64,000 nucleotides of DNA from the IMG/VR virus record IMGVR_UViG_3300025423_000014; one strand, written 5' to 3'. Below are positions 10,215 to 20,700 of the stretch, piece after piece. Origin of the DNA: an uncultured virus (IMG/VR IMGVR_UViG_3300025423_000014). Its lineage: Duplodnaviria; Heunggongvirae; Uroviricota; Caudoviricetes. Numbering within the stretch: the first letter of the stretch is position 1; each line of letters starts with the position of its first letter. The translations under genes were made by a program, and so were the position numbers. The notes below the pieces were generated by a model. It saw only the letters and a program-made list of their open reading frames with translations. It did not search any database and was not told the DNA's origin.

Positions 10215-12455
10215 ATGCCATTAACGAAACTACAATTTACTCCAGGCGTTAACAGAGAAGCTACGACTTTAGCCAATGAGGGTGGTTGGTACGACTGTAA
10301 TAATATTAGGTTTCGTTCTGGTTACCCAGAAAAAATAGGTGGTTGGGTCACAGACACAGGCACAACAACGTCAACGCTCCAACCACCAACAAACCAAGGC
10401 TCAACACCACCCACAGGCTACACATGGACAACACCTTCTTTTTGGGGAGTTTGTACTAACTTAATTTCCTGGATCAGTCTTGTAGGGTATTATTTGCTTG
10501 GGCTTGGGACTAATTTAAAGTATTACATTCAAAACGGTATTAACGGTTCTTTTTATGATGTAACCCCCATACGCCTGACAACCACAAACACTGCAACATT
10601 TTCTGCATCAACAGGCTCTAAAACCATAACAGTAACGGACAATAGCCACGGCGCCATTGTTAATGATTTTGTGACTTTTAGTGGGGCTACAAGTCTTGGC
10701 GGAGCTATAACCGCAACCATCCTCAACGCTGAATTTCAAATTGTTTCCGTCACAGGGATCAACACATACACCATATTATCTAGCGTTGCCGCAACATCAA
10801 GTGATACAGGAACCGGAGGAAGTGCAGTTGTTGCTGCATACCAACTTAACACAGGCAATGCTATTTATACACAAGCCTTGGGTTGGGGTGCGGGTCCTTG
10901 GGGCGGGACAACTGGAAGCGCTAATACTGGAGGGTGGGGACAACCTGCGTCTTCTAGCACAATTGGTGTAAACATTCGTCTGTGGTCTTCTGCTAATTAT
11001 GGTCAAAACTTGGTTATAAATCCTAGCGGTGGCGGTCTTTATTACTGGGCAGTAGATACAACACCAACAAATTTTAACCGTGCCCAACAGTTATCTGCCA
11101 CAAACACTAATACACAAAACGGCGTTTATTATTGGCTAACTGACAGTGCTATATTTACAGGTAGTATATCTGGTACAACTTTAACTGTTACTGCCGTTAC
11201 AACAGGTTTCATTAATATTGGTGCAACACTTAACGTTACAGGTTCTCCAACCATTACCGCACAAACAGGAACAACCAATGGTGGTGTTGGAACTTATACG
11301 ATAAGCAGTTCTTTGACTGTAGCCAGTACAACTATTACATCCACGCTAAATACATGCCCAACACTATGTAATTTTGTTATGGTGTCTGATCAGTCTAATT
11401 TTGTGATTGCTTTTGGTTGTAATGATCCTGGTGGGTTTTTAACATCAAGCACTACAACAATTGACCCTTTGCTTGTGCGTTGGACAGATCAACAAAACAT
11501 ACTGACTTGGTATCCAACTTTAACCAACCAAGCAGGTAGCCAACGCCTTAGTCAAGGCTCTGCCATAGTTACTGCTATTCAAACACGCCAAGAGATATTG
11601 ATTTGGACAGACACAGCGCTATACAACATGCAGTATCTTGGTCCTCCGTATGTGTGGGGTTTTCAAACAATGGGCGACAACTTGTCCATAATTTCCCCTA
11701 ATTGTGTGGCGGTTGCAAACAATGCCGTGTACTGGATGGGTTTTAATAAGTTTTACTTTTACAACGGTACTGCACAAACGCTCCCCTGCGCTGTGCGCCA
11801 ATACATTTTTGACAACTTAAATTTAACACAGTCAGAACAAATATTTTCTGGAACCAATGAAGCGTACAACGAAGTATGGTGGTTTTACTGTTCTGCAAAT
11901 TCTACGACTGTAGATTCATATGTTGTTTTTAATTACCTTGATCAGACTTGGTATTATGGACAAATGAACCGGTCGTCATGGCTGTACTCACCTCTTAGAC
12001 AAGTTCCCATGTCTACAACTTACAACGGACAACTTGTTTATCAAGAAACAGGAACAAACGACGGAACAACAGGAACTGTCAACCCATATCCTATTAGCGC
12101 CTATATCCAAAGTTCTGATTTTGATATTGGGGATGGTAATAATTTTGGATTCATTTATCGTCTTGTTCCAGACGTAAACTTTACGGGTTCTACATCAAAC
12201 CAACCCAATGTCACAATGACTTTTTTACCAAGAGAATTTTCTGGTTCTGCTTATGGGACAGCCAATAATCCAACAGTTGCCAGTACGCAAGACTACACAA
12301 ATACAAGAGAATATGTAATACAACAGTTCACACCACAAATTTATGTACGTGCTAGGGGTAGGCAGATGGCTTTTAAAGTTTCATCTAATACACTAGGGGT
12401 TGCTTGGCAATCAGGCACAAATCGGTTAGATATTCGTCCAGACGGAAGGCGCTAA
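10215..12455 (+). CDS. Tail nozzle / packaged-DNA stabilisation-like protein
   Basis: 746 aa beta-rich protein with PGVNRE...IRFRSGYPEKIGGW start and RPDGRR end; contains an E1-FCCH-like insert; precedes ejection proteins. Confidence 0.6.
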   Translation: MPLTKLQFTPGVNREATTLANEGGWYDCNNIRFRSGYPEKIGGWVTDTGTTTSTLQPPTNQGSTPPTGYTWTTPSFWGVCTNLISWISLVGYYLLGLGTNLKYYIQNGINGSFYDVTPIRLTTTNTATFSASTGSKTITVTDNSHGAIVNDFVTFSGATSLGGAITATILNAEFQIVSVTGINTYTILSSVAATSSDTGTGGSAVVAAYQLNTGNAIYTQALGWGAGPWGGTTGSANTGGWGQPASSSTIGVNIRLWSSANYGQNLVINPSGGGLYYWAVDTTPTNFNRAQQLSATNTNTQNGVYYWLTDSAIFTGSISGTTLTVTAVTTGFINIGATLNVTGSPTITAQTGTTNGGVGTYTISSSLTVASTTITSTLNTCPTLCNFVMVSDQSNFVIAFGCNDPGGFLTSSTTTIDPLLVRWTDQQNILTWYPTLTNQAGSQRLSQGSAIVTAIQTRQEILIWTDTALYNMQYLGPPYVWGFQTMGDNLSIISPNCVAVANNAVYWMGFNKFYFYNGTAQTLPCAVRQYIFDNLNLTQSEQIFSGTNEAYNEVWWFYCSANSTTVDSYVVFNYLDQTWYYGQMNRSSWLYSPLRQVPMSTTYNGQLVYQETGTNDGTTGTVNPYPISAYIQSSDFDIGDGNNFGFIYRLVPDVNFTGSTSNQPNVTMTFLPREFSGSAYGTANNPTVASTQDYTNTREYVIQQFTPQIYVRARGRQMAFKVSSNTLGVAWQSGTNRLDIRPDGRR

Positions 12456-12456
12456 G

Positions 12457-12795
12457 ATGTCACAGTTAAATTCAATTGCACCAAGATTAGCAAACGCTCC
12501 TACAACATATGACCAAAACTACATGCAAAATTTGGTCAATATCTTACGCATATACTTTAATCAGTTAGATAATGCAAGCCCAATTAGCTTGGCATCTCAG
12601 AATTTGGGAAGTACAATAGCACCTGGTAAGCCTGGCGCCATGATTACCGCATTAAGTTTTAGACAGCCCACTCCTCATGCTAATCCGGTTACGTATCAAA
12701 TCAGTTTGCCAACGCAAACATTTAAATCGTATTTAAGGTCTGGAGATGTTTATTACGACACTTCAGCTAGTAATGTACTAAAGGTTGTATCATGA
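12457..12795 (+). CDS. Hypothetical virion protein
   Basis: 112 aa ORF in the structural operon. Confidence 0.5.
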   Translation: MSQLNSIAPRLANAPTTYDQNYMQNLVNILRIYFNQLDNASPISLASQNLGSTIAPGKPGAMITALSFRQPTPHANPVTYQISLPTQTFKSYLRSGDVYYDTSASNVLKVVS

Positions 12796-13733
12796 GTTTT
12801 TTTTCAGATCCATTAGGTAGCATAGGTGGTACTCTATCCAGTGCAGGACTGGGTGGCATAGGAAATGGATTAACCAATTTAAGTAAGTCTTTTGGTAATC
12901 AGTCTTTTGCAGAAAAAGCTTTAGAACTTGCAGTTTTGGGCGCAGGTGGATACGCGGCAATGGGGGGCGGTCTTGCTGATTTAATACCTAGTTTTGGTGA
13001 TACAGCTATACCTGGGGGCGCCCCTGTTACTGATTTATCAACTGTAGTTCCTGCGGGAGCAGAAACAACTATGGCGGGCGCCCCACAAGGAGCAATTCCC
13101 GGTGTATCAGCGGCGGGGGCTGCAGGAACTGCAGGAACTGCAGGAACTGCAGGAACAGCAGGAGCCGGTCTTTTGTCTAATCCTTATGTTAAAGGTGCTT
13201 TAGCGTTGGGTGGCGGATATTTACTTGCGCAAAAACCAAAAACAAATTTCCCCAACCCACAAACAACGCCTGTTATGGGTTTTACTGGGGCTGGGGGGGT
13301 TCATTATCCAACAAGACCTTCTGGCTATGCAGGAGGCGGAACAATACCTGCCAACCCCAATGCACCTATGGTGCATAATGTAAACCCGCAATTTATTGCG
13401 CCAACAAGCACACCTGTCGCACACCCTGTTATGCATTTAGCAAGTGGGGGTATTTCTGATTTAGGTTCTTATTCAGATGGTGGGCGTATGCTTAAGGGTC
13501 CTGGGGACGGCATGTCTGATTCTATTCCTGCAACAATTAATAACCATCAACCCGCTAGACTTGCCAATGATGAGTTTGTTGTTCCTGCAGATGTGGTGTC
13601 TCATCTTGGCAATGGATCCTCTGATGCGGGCGCTAAGAAGCTTTACAGTATGATGGACAGGGTTAGACGAGCAAGAACAGGAACGCCAAAACAAGCTAAA
13701 GCAATTCACCCAGATAGGTATATACCCGCATGA
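12792..13733 (+). CDS. Internal virion/ejection protein
   Basis: Gly/Ala-rich N-terminus; C-terminal GPGDGMSDSIPA...EFVVPADVV domain resembling the C-terminus of some tape-measure proteins. Confidence 0.55.
   Translation: MSFFSDPLGSIGGTLSSAGLGGIGNGLTNLSKSFGNQSFAEKALELAVLGAGGYAAMGGGLADLIPSFGDTAIPGGAPVTDLSTVVPAGAETTMAGAPQGAIPGVSAAGAAGTAGTAGTAGTAGAGLLSNPYVKGALALGGGYLLAQKPKTNFPNPQTTPVMGFTGAGGVHYPTRPSGYAGGGTIPANPNAPMVHNVNPQFIAPTSTPVAHPVMHLASGGISDLGSYSDGGRMLKGPGDGMSDSIPATINNHQPARLANDEFVVPADVVSHLGNGSSDAGAKKLYSMMDRVRRARTGTPKQAKAIHPDRYIPA
13122..13163 (+). repeat. 9-bp tandem repeat GCAGGAACT (Ala-Gly-Thr), ~4.7 copies
   Basis: Read directly from the sequence. Confidence 0.85.
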
Positions 13734-14053
13734 GCACAGACATAGAAAAGTTTATTGGTATAACACATCATTTTTCAGATGGTTTGTATGCTAAAGAATC
13801 TTTTATACCTAAAGGCAATTTTGGTGTACAGCACAAACACGAGTATGCGCATTTAAGTATTTTAGCTAAAGGCAGAGTTATTGTAGGCGTAGAAAACACA
13901 GAGACAGAATACACAGCACCTGCTTGCATTGAAATAAAAGCGGGATTACACCATTCAGTTACGGCGCTTGAAGACAGTGTTTGGTTTTGTATTCATGCAA
14001 CAGATGAAAAAGATCCAGAAAAAGTGGATCAACTTGTAATAATGAAGGAATAA
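13730..14053 (+). CDS. Cupin-fold protein
   Basis: QHKH...HLSILAKG...I.AG.HH.V.ALED..WFCIH. Confidence 0.7.
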   Translation: MSTDIEKFIGITHHFSDGLYAKESFIPKGNFGVQHKHEYAHLSILAKGRVIVGVENTETEYTAPACIEIKAGLHHSVTALEDSVWFCIHATDEKDPEKVDQLVIMKE

Positions 14054-14055
14054 TT

Positions 14056-15417
14056 ATGTGGGCACTTGCTGGCGGAGCTTTAGGCGGGTATTTATTAGGC
14101 AGTAAAAGCGGTGGGGGAGGCAGTAACAGCGCCGCAACACCTTCTTCACAATCTGTTACAACTTCAAACATTGCGCCTTGGGCGCAACAAGGTGTTCAAT
14201 CGCTTATTCAATCCGGTATGGCAAATGCCTACCCACAATATTCCCAAGCGCTTGATGCTTACAATCAGCAAATGGCGCAATACAATGCGCAGGGTGGGGC
14301 AAACAATCCAAATCTTACTGCACCAGTAGCTCCCACAAATTTAGGTAATCAAGCCGGGTATACGCCTTTTAATGCGGGTGCAACAGATCCCATGACACAA
14401 CAGGCTTTGCAAGCCGCGCAAAGCACAACAGCAGGATTTACACCCCTACAACAGCAGTCTTTTAACACTGCAGGAAACATGCAAATGCCTGGGCAGTACG
14501 GGCAAGCAACAGACTTAACAAGTCAAGCGGCTCAAGGTTTACTTGGTTCTGCAACAAATGCTGGACAGTATGGACAGATGGGCGCTAACTATGGGCAAAT
14601 GGGTGCTCGTGCGGGTATGAGCTATGGACAAAATGCACAAGACCCCAACGCTATTGCTAACTACATGAATCCGTATTTGCAAAACGTTCTTAACCCACAA
14701 GAACAAGCGCTTACGCAATTGCAAGGACAACAAGGAGCGCAACAAAATGCACAAGCTACGCAAGCCGGGGCTTTTGGCGGTTCTCGCCAAGGACTGCAAC
14801 AAGTTGCACAAAATGCCGCTAACCAACAACAGATGAATTCTTTGATTGGAACTGGGTATAACAATGCTTTTAATACCGCTAATCAAAATATGCAAACAGC
14901 GGCAACGCTTGGTATGCAAGGCGCACAAACTGGTATGCAAGGCGCACAAACAGGCTTAACAGGTATCAACACCACACAAAATGCGTATACGGGTACAGGC
15001 GCTCAAGGGCAAAATCTTGCCAATATTGGAACTCAACAACTTGGCGCTCAACAAAGTATTGCCGGATTGCAAAACACATACGGCGCTCAACAACAGCAAC
15101 AAAACCAAAATATGCTCAACCAAGGCATGGCAAACTATGCGACTATGCAACAATACCCAATGCAACAACTGGCGCAGTTGGAATCTTTATATGCAGGTGC
15201 ACCACAAAACGTTACAACACAAAACTATACAGCCGCGCCTAGCATGATTTCTCAAGCGGCGGGTCTTGCAACTGCGGGCGCAGGTGCTTACGGGGTATAC
15301 AACAACATAACGGGTACACCTACTAAAAAGAATGCAGGTGGTCGAATTAAAGCGCCTGATAATCGTAAAAAAAGCGGTGCGGGTCTTGGTGATCTTGCTT
15401 TAGCAAAGCTTGGATAA
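14056..15417 (+). CDS. Gln/Gly/Ala-rich ejection (pilot-like) protein
   Basis: YMNPY...AGAFGGSR motifs and low-complexity Q/G/A composition; position after the nozzle. Confidence 0.55.
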   Translation: MWALAGGALGGYLLGSKSGGGGSNSAATPSSQSVTTSNIAPWAQQGVQSLIQSGMANAYPQYSQALDAYNQQMAQYNAQGGANNPNLTAPVAPTNLGNQAGYTPFNAGATDPMTQQALQAAQSTTAGFTPLQQQSFNTAGNMQMPGQYGQATDLTSQAAQGLLGSATNAGQYGQMGANYGQMGARAGMSYGQNAQDPNAIANYMNPYLQNVLNPQEQALTQLQGQQGAQQNAQATQAGAFGGSRQGLQQVAQNAANQQQMNSLIGTGYNNAFNTANQNMQTAATLGMQGAQTGMQGAQTGLTGINTTQNAYTGTGAQGQNLANIGTQQLGAQQSIAGLQNTYGAQQQQQNQNMLNQGMANYATMQQYPMQQLAQLESLYAGAPQNVTTQNYTAAPSMISQAAGLATAGAGAYGVYNNITGTPTKKNAGGRIKAPDNRKKSGAGLGDLALAKLG

Positions 15418-15426
15418 GGAATAAAA

Positions 15427-17688
15427 ATGACTATGATGTCTCCGGCAATGAACGCCACACTACCACAAAACATTCCACAAACAACGCAGTTGTTATTGGA
15501 CATGAAAAACAAAGGTCAGTTGCAAAGCTATGTGGCGCAACACAAAGATGATCCTGGTTACGCATCTTTATTGTCTTTGGCAATGACGATCAATCAAACT
15601 TCTGATCAAGCCAGAGCATTAGCCGCACAACCGCCACAACAAACTATTTCCAATACCGCACTTGCCTCTTTAGCGCCAAGGCACGAAGCATTACAAATGC
15701 CAGTAATGCCTCAATCACAAACCGCGCCACAAATGCCACAAACCGCGCCACAAACCGCGCCACAAGGACAACCACCAGAAATGTCTGGTATTGCACAAGC
15801 CCCTGCGCCTAACATGCAACATATGGCTGATGGTGGTATTGTTGGATATGCTGAAGGCGGTAACACATATGACGCTTCTGTGTATCGTAGATACGCCGTT
15901 GCACAAGCCGAAAAACTAGGATTAGATCCTCGTTTTGTTGATGGTATTTTTACAACTGAATCTAATTACAATCCTAATGCTAAATCACCAACAGGTCCTG
16001 TGGGTATTGGGCAACTTACAAAAAGCACGGCTAGAGCATACGGCATCCATGCAGAAGACCGCAAAGACGGCTTTAAAAATATAGATGCTTCTTTAGCGTA
16101 CATGAAAGATTTGCAAAAGAAATATGATAATGATCCTCAAAAAATGGCGGTTGGGTATAACCAAGGTGAAACCTTTTTAAATAATCATTTAAGAAATAAT
16201 AATGGTCAACTTGTTCCTGCTAATCTTGGCAAACAAGAACCAAAGAACTATCTTAAAAAAATAAGCCATTACATACCGTTTAATGCTGCAACAGCTTCTG
16301 AATTAAATGAAAAGCAACGTAGTAACCAAGTACCAACAGATTTGTCTCTTAGCAAAGGTGAAGAAGTTGTTCAACCTTCTGCCCCAACTGCGCCACCTAC
16401 TGTTCCTGCAGGTGGGTTAGCTTCTCTTATTCCAGGTCAAGATGTCAAAGCTCCTGCTTATGTGGATACTAGCACCCCAATGGGTAAGTTTGCTGATTAT
16501 TTAGGAGTGCCTGAAGAATACCAACGTAACATTAATAACACACTTAACGCATTAGGAAGTTTTACTGCTCCCGTATCTGGCGTAGCAAAAGGCGTTGGTG
16601 CTGTATCTAAAGGATTGGCGCCTACAGCAGAAGCAGTAGCTAAAGCCGAAGCACTTGCAAAAGTTGCTAATACACCCCGCTTAGTAGCTCCTACAGCAGA
16701 AGGTATTTCTGCATTGTCTGCAGAATCACAAGCCACAAGAACAGCCGCTGAACAAGCGCGTCGTATGCGTTTATTGCAACAAGATCAAGCCGCGGCAAAA
16801 GGCGCACAACAGTCTGTTGATGCCGCAACACAAACTGCTAATATTGCAAACGAAGCAGAAAAAGGGCTTGCGCAAATTGCACCCAACGCAAAACTAAACA
16901 CCATAAAACTTGCGGATTCTGCTAAAGCTATTGATTTAATGCATGCCGCTGAACAACCACAATCCCCATCAAACATTAACACTGTGCAAAACGCGGGTGT
17001 AGGTTCAGATACAACTGCGTCTATGGGTGCAAACTCTTATGATTTTAAACCTGACTATAGTTTTAACGGATATATTAACGCCAATTCAGCGCCATCAAGC
17101 AACGAAGCAAAACCACCTTCTGCCCCAACAACAGGAGGCATAAACCCCGCAGCACCAAGTGGACAAGGACTTAAGCCTACTGGCGGTAGAGACTGGAATG
17201 ATTTCTTAATGAATTTTGGTCTTGGTATGATGGCAGGAAAATCACCCTACGCTTTACAAAACATAGGTGAAGCAGGTATTGGCGCACTTAAAGGTGCACA
17301 AGAACAAGAGAAACAAGCACGTGATGAGGAACTCAAACGCCAAGAAATGGCTATGATGAGAGACTATTACACAGGTGTAGTAGGTGCTAAAAATAAAGAA
17401 CTTGAAATGTTAGGTCCTCATTACTCTGCTCAAGACGAAATTGCACGTTTAAACGCAACAAAACCAAGATCAGATTTAGAATTTGCGTATAACAATCCAG
17501 GCGCTTTAAGAACCTATCAGCAAATGACTCAAGAAAAACAAAACCAAGCTGCTATTGTTGAAAAAATGCTAGTAGATCCTTTATTTGCAAGCCAACATCC
17601 TGAATACAAACCTTTATTAGATAACTACATGAAATCTGCGTTAAGACCTAACACAGTCCAAAATGCAGCTGGTAATGTGCGTCCATAA
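15427..17688 (+). CDS. Internal virion protein with soluble lytic transglycosylase domain
   Basis: ES.YNPNAKSPTGPVGIGQL...NI......Y......Y......AVGYNQG SLT motifs. Confidence 0.75.
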   Translation: MTMMSPAMNATLPQNIPQTTQLLLDMKNKGQLQSYVAQHKDDPGYASLLSLAMTINQTSDQARALAAQPPQQTISNTALASLAPRHEALQMPVMPQSQTAPQMPQTAPQTAPQGQPPEMSGIAQAPAPNMQHMADGGIVGYAEGGNTYDASVYRRYAVAQAEKLGLDPRFVDGIFTTESNYNPNAKSPTGPVGIGQLTKSTARAYGIHAEDRKDGFKNIDASLAYMKDLQKKYDNDPQKMAVGYNQGETFLNNHLRNNNGQLVPANLGKQEPKNYLKKISHYIPFNAATASELNEKQRSNQVPTDLSLSKGEEVVQPSAPTAPPTVPAGGLASLIPGQDVKAPAYVDTSTPMGKFADYLGVPEEYQRNINNTLNALGSFTAPVSGVAKGVGAVSKGLAPTAEAVAKAEALAKVANTPRLVAPTAEGISALSAESQATRTAAEQARRMRLLQQDQAAAKGAQQSVDAATQTANIANEAEKGLAQIAPNAKLNTIKLADSAKAIDLMHAAEQPQSPSNINTVQNAGVGSDTTASMGANSYDFKPDYSFNGYINANSAPSSNEAKPPSAPTTGGINPAAPSGQGLKPTGGRDWNDFLMNFGLGMMAGKSPYALQNIGEAGIGALKGAQEQEKQARDEELKRQEMAMMRDYYTGVVGAKNKELEMLGPHYSAQDEIARLNATKPRSDLEFAYNNPGALRTYQQMTQEKQNQAAIVEKMLVDPLFASQHPEYKPLLDNYMKSALRPNTVQNAAGNVRP

Positions 17689-17726
17689 ATGGCATAATGG
17701 AGTTTGGCTTTTAACAATTTAATTTT

Positions 17727-20700
17727 ATGGCTGAATACTTACCACTACCCGACGGTTCATTTGCGACAGTCCGAGAAGGTGAAACACCTAACGAGGCATG
17801 GGTGCGTTCGTTAAGAGAGTATCCAGAAGCATTTGCTGTTAAAGAAACGCCAAAACAAAAAGAACGTCCCGGTCTTTTAGAGTCTGCTCAGTTAGGCGGT
17901 GAATCTTTAATATCGTCTGAACGTACGGGTCTTGCTTCTTTATTAGGCGACAAAAACGAAGCTGTTAGAAATGCTTTGCAACGCCAACAGTCTATGCAAG
18001 ACCGTTATGCTGAGCAGCCCAGCTATACAGAAGTTAAAAAGAAATATGAAGAAGAAGGCCTATTACCCGCTATAGGCGAGTATGTTCGACAAATACCAAA
18101 CGCTATGGCGGAACAAGCTCCGCAAATAGCGCAGTCCGTAGCCGGTGCTAAAGTAGGAGCTAGGTTTGGTCCAGAAGGCGCTTTGGCCGGTGCTTTTATT
18201 CCTTCTTATTTACAGCAGTACGGTGGCTTTTTAGAAGCACAAGCGCAAGAACAACAAAAGCAAAATAAACCCATAGATGTAAGTAGAACATCTGCGGCTG
18301 TCGCCGCTGTTCCTGCTGCCGCAATTGATGTATTAGAAAATTTTATACCAATGGGGCGTGGTCTTGCTAAGTCTATTTTTGGTCCTGGTATTGAAAAACT
18401 GCTTGCGCGCGGTTTAACTGCAGATGCAGAAAAAGCGGCAATGGCTAAACTTGCAGATGAAGGGTTTGTTAAAACGCTTTTAAAAGGTACTGCAAAAGGA
18501 ACAGCAGTAGAAGTGCCCGGTGAAATTACACAGCAATTTTTAGAACGTGCTCAAGCAGGACAACCTTTATTTAGCGATGATGCTTTTGCTGACTACGGAC
18601 AGACTGCTTTTGAAACATCTAAATTGGGTTTACTTGGAGCAGCAGGGCGTTTTTCTGATAAGGCAAATGCACGTCAACAAGCCGCATTAGCAAATCGTTC
18701 CCAAGCTCTTGGCGAACTCCCAACAGAACCAGGCGCTGAACCTGCAGTAGACCCTGCACAATTACACCAAGACAAACTTGCCAATGACACAGACTACATG
18801 TCTAAGTTTGTGCAAGATTATGAAACACAGCAACAAGCATATAAAGACTTACAAAAGCAAACGAAAAAACCAGATATTAAAACTGCGCTTCCTGCTGATA
18901 TAGAGCAGTATGAACAAAATAAAGCACAGTTAAAGCAAATGCGAGAAGTGCTTGCGGCGGGATCAAAAGACTATTTAAAATACCGCCCTATATTTAATCA
19001 GTTACAAACACAGCAAGTTCAACAACAAAAACAAGCTGAACAACAAAGACTGCAAGGCATTGAACAACAAGCTGCAGGTATCCCACAAGAAACACAACAA
19101 CAGCCATACTATCAAGCGCCTCAAGGGCAGTTGGCGGGTATGGCACCGCCCGGCATAGACCCACAAGCGCAACAACAGTTACAGCAACAACAAGCCGAGG
19201 CGCTATACACCCAACAACAACGCCTTGCACAACGCCTTGAAGCTCACCAAGCAGAAGAATCAGAAGCTGCAGGTGCGGGTAAATTAGAAACTTTAAAAAA
19301 TCTTAGACAAACCGGCAAAGAACTACAAGCACAACATGACGAAATTAATGCGCAATTAAAAGCATTGGGAGGCTATAAGCCTACAGAAAAACCAGTTGTT
19401 GCTATTGAAGATTTGCAAACTAAACTTGCAAAAAAACAAAAAGATTTACAAAAGTTAAGTGGTCCTGGCTACGACCCACAAAAAGCAGACAAGTTAATTA
19501 AAGATATTGAAGACTTACAAGGGCAGGTGCAAGAGGCTAAAAAGAACGCGCCCCCAGAACAAATGGGCTTTGACTTTGGTGCTGAATTCAAACCAACATA
19601 TAGCGAGTCAAAAGAACAGACTAAAGTTGTTGGGCTGTCAAAAGAATTACAACAAGCTGTTGAAGAAAAGCAACGCCTAATACAAGCGTACCATGACGAA
19701 CAAGAACGTCAACAAAAAGTAAACCCTGAAATAGAAGCGCTTCAACGTATTAAAGAAGCGCCTGTTGGTAAAGTAGAGTATCAGCCCCAAGTATCTAGTT
19801 TAGTAGATCAACTTGTAGATTCCGCGCATCAAGAAGGTAGACATGCAGGGCGTGTCATTACTGGGACTAACCCAGAAAAAATTGATCAACCTTCAGCACT
19901 TCGTGCACAACTGGCTTACGCTAACGTCACAAGTAATGGGGAACGTGTTAACGAACTTAAAAAGAAACTACAAGACTTAAACGAACCTGAAGAAGACACC
20001 AGTACGTATGGTAATTTTAATCTTGGACAGCTTTCTAAAGAAGCTGGGGTTACTGGACAACAAACTCAAGAAGGCTACAACGCAAATAAAGTTACACGTT
20101 TAGCTCAAAAGCAGTTAGCGGCTTATGATCGTCTTGCAGAGTTTTTAAATAGGATTCGTGAAGGTAATCAAAATGTTTCTCCTGAACGCGCACAAACAAT
20201 GCGCAACGCCGCAGAGCGTTTAAAAGAAACTGTTATTGGCTTAGCTCTACAAGAAGCAGATGCTAAACGTACGCAAATGCGTACTCCGGCTATGACGACT
20301 GCCGAACAAATGAAACTTGTTCGGGAGCTGAGCGGTGTATTAAACGAACTGATTGAAAGAAGTGTGGGCTTGTTTGAACCCACACGCCTTGTTGGAGAAC
20401 CTGCACAATACAGGGCTAACAAATTAATTAGAGAATCTACGCAAAGACAAGAAAGACCTCCTGTTGGTAAACGCGTATTTAATAATTACAAAGCAGCTGC
20501 TAACTCTATTAGAGCGCAAATGCGTTCAGTTGTTGATGCCAATACAGGCACAACAGAAGGAAATGTATCTAAACGTAAACCAATTACTAAGGGTCCTTTT
20601 GCACTTAAAACGCAATTTGCAGGACAAGAAACGACTGTTAATACACAGTTTGCAGAAGCACTTAAACGTGCCAAGTCTGATACAGAACGCACAGACCTTG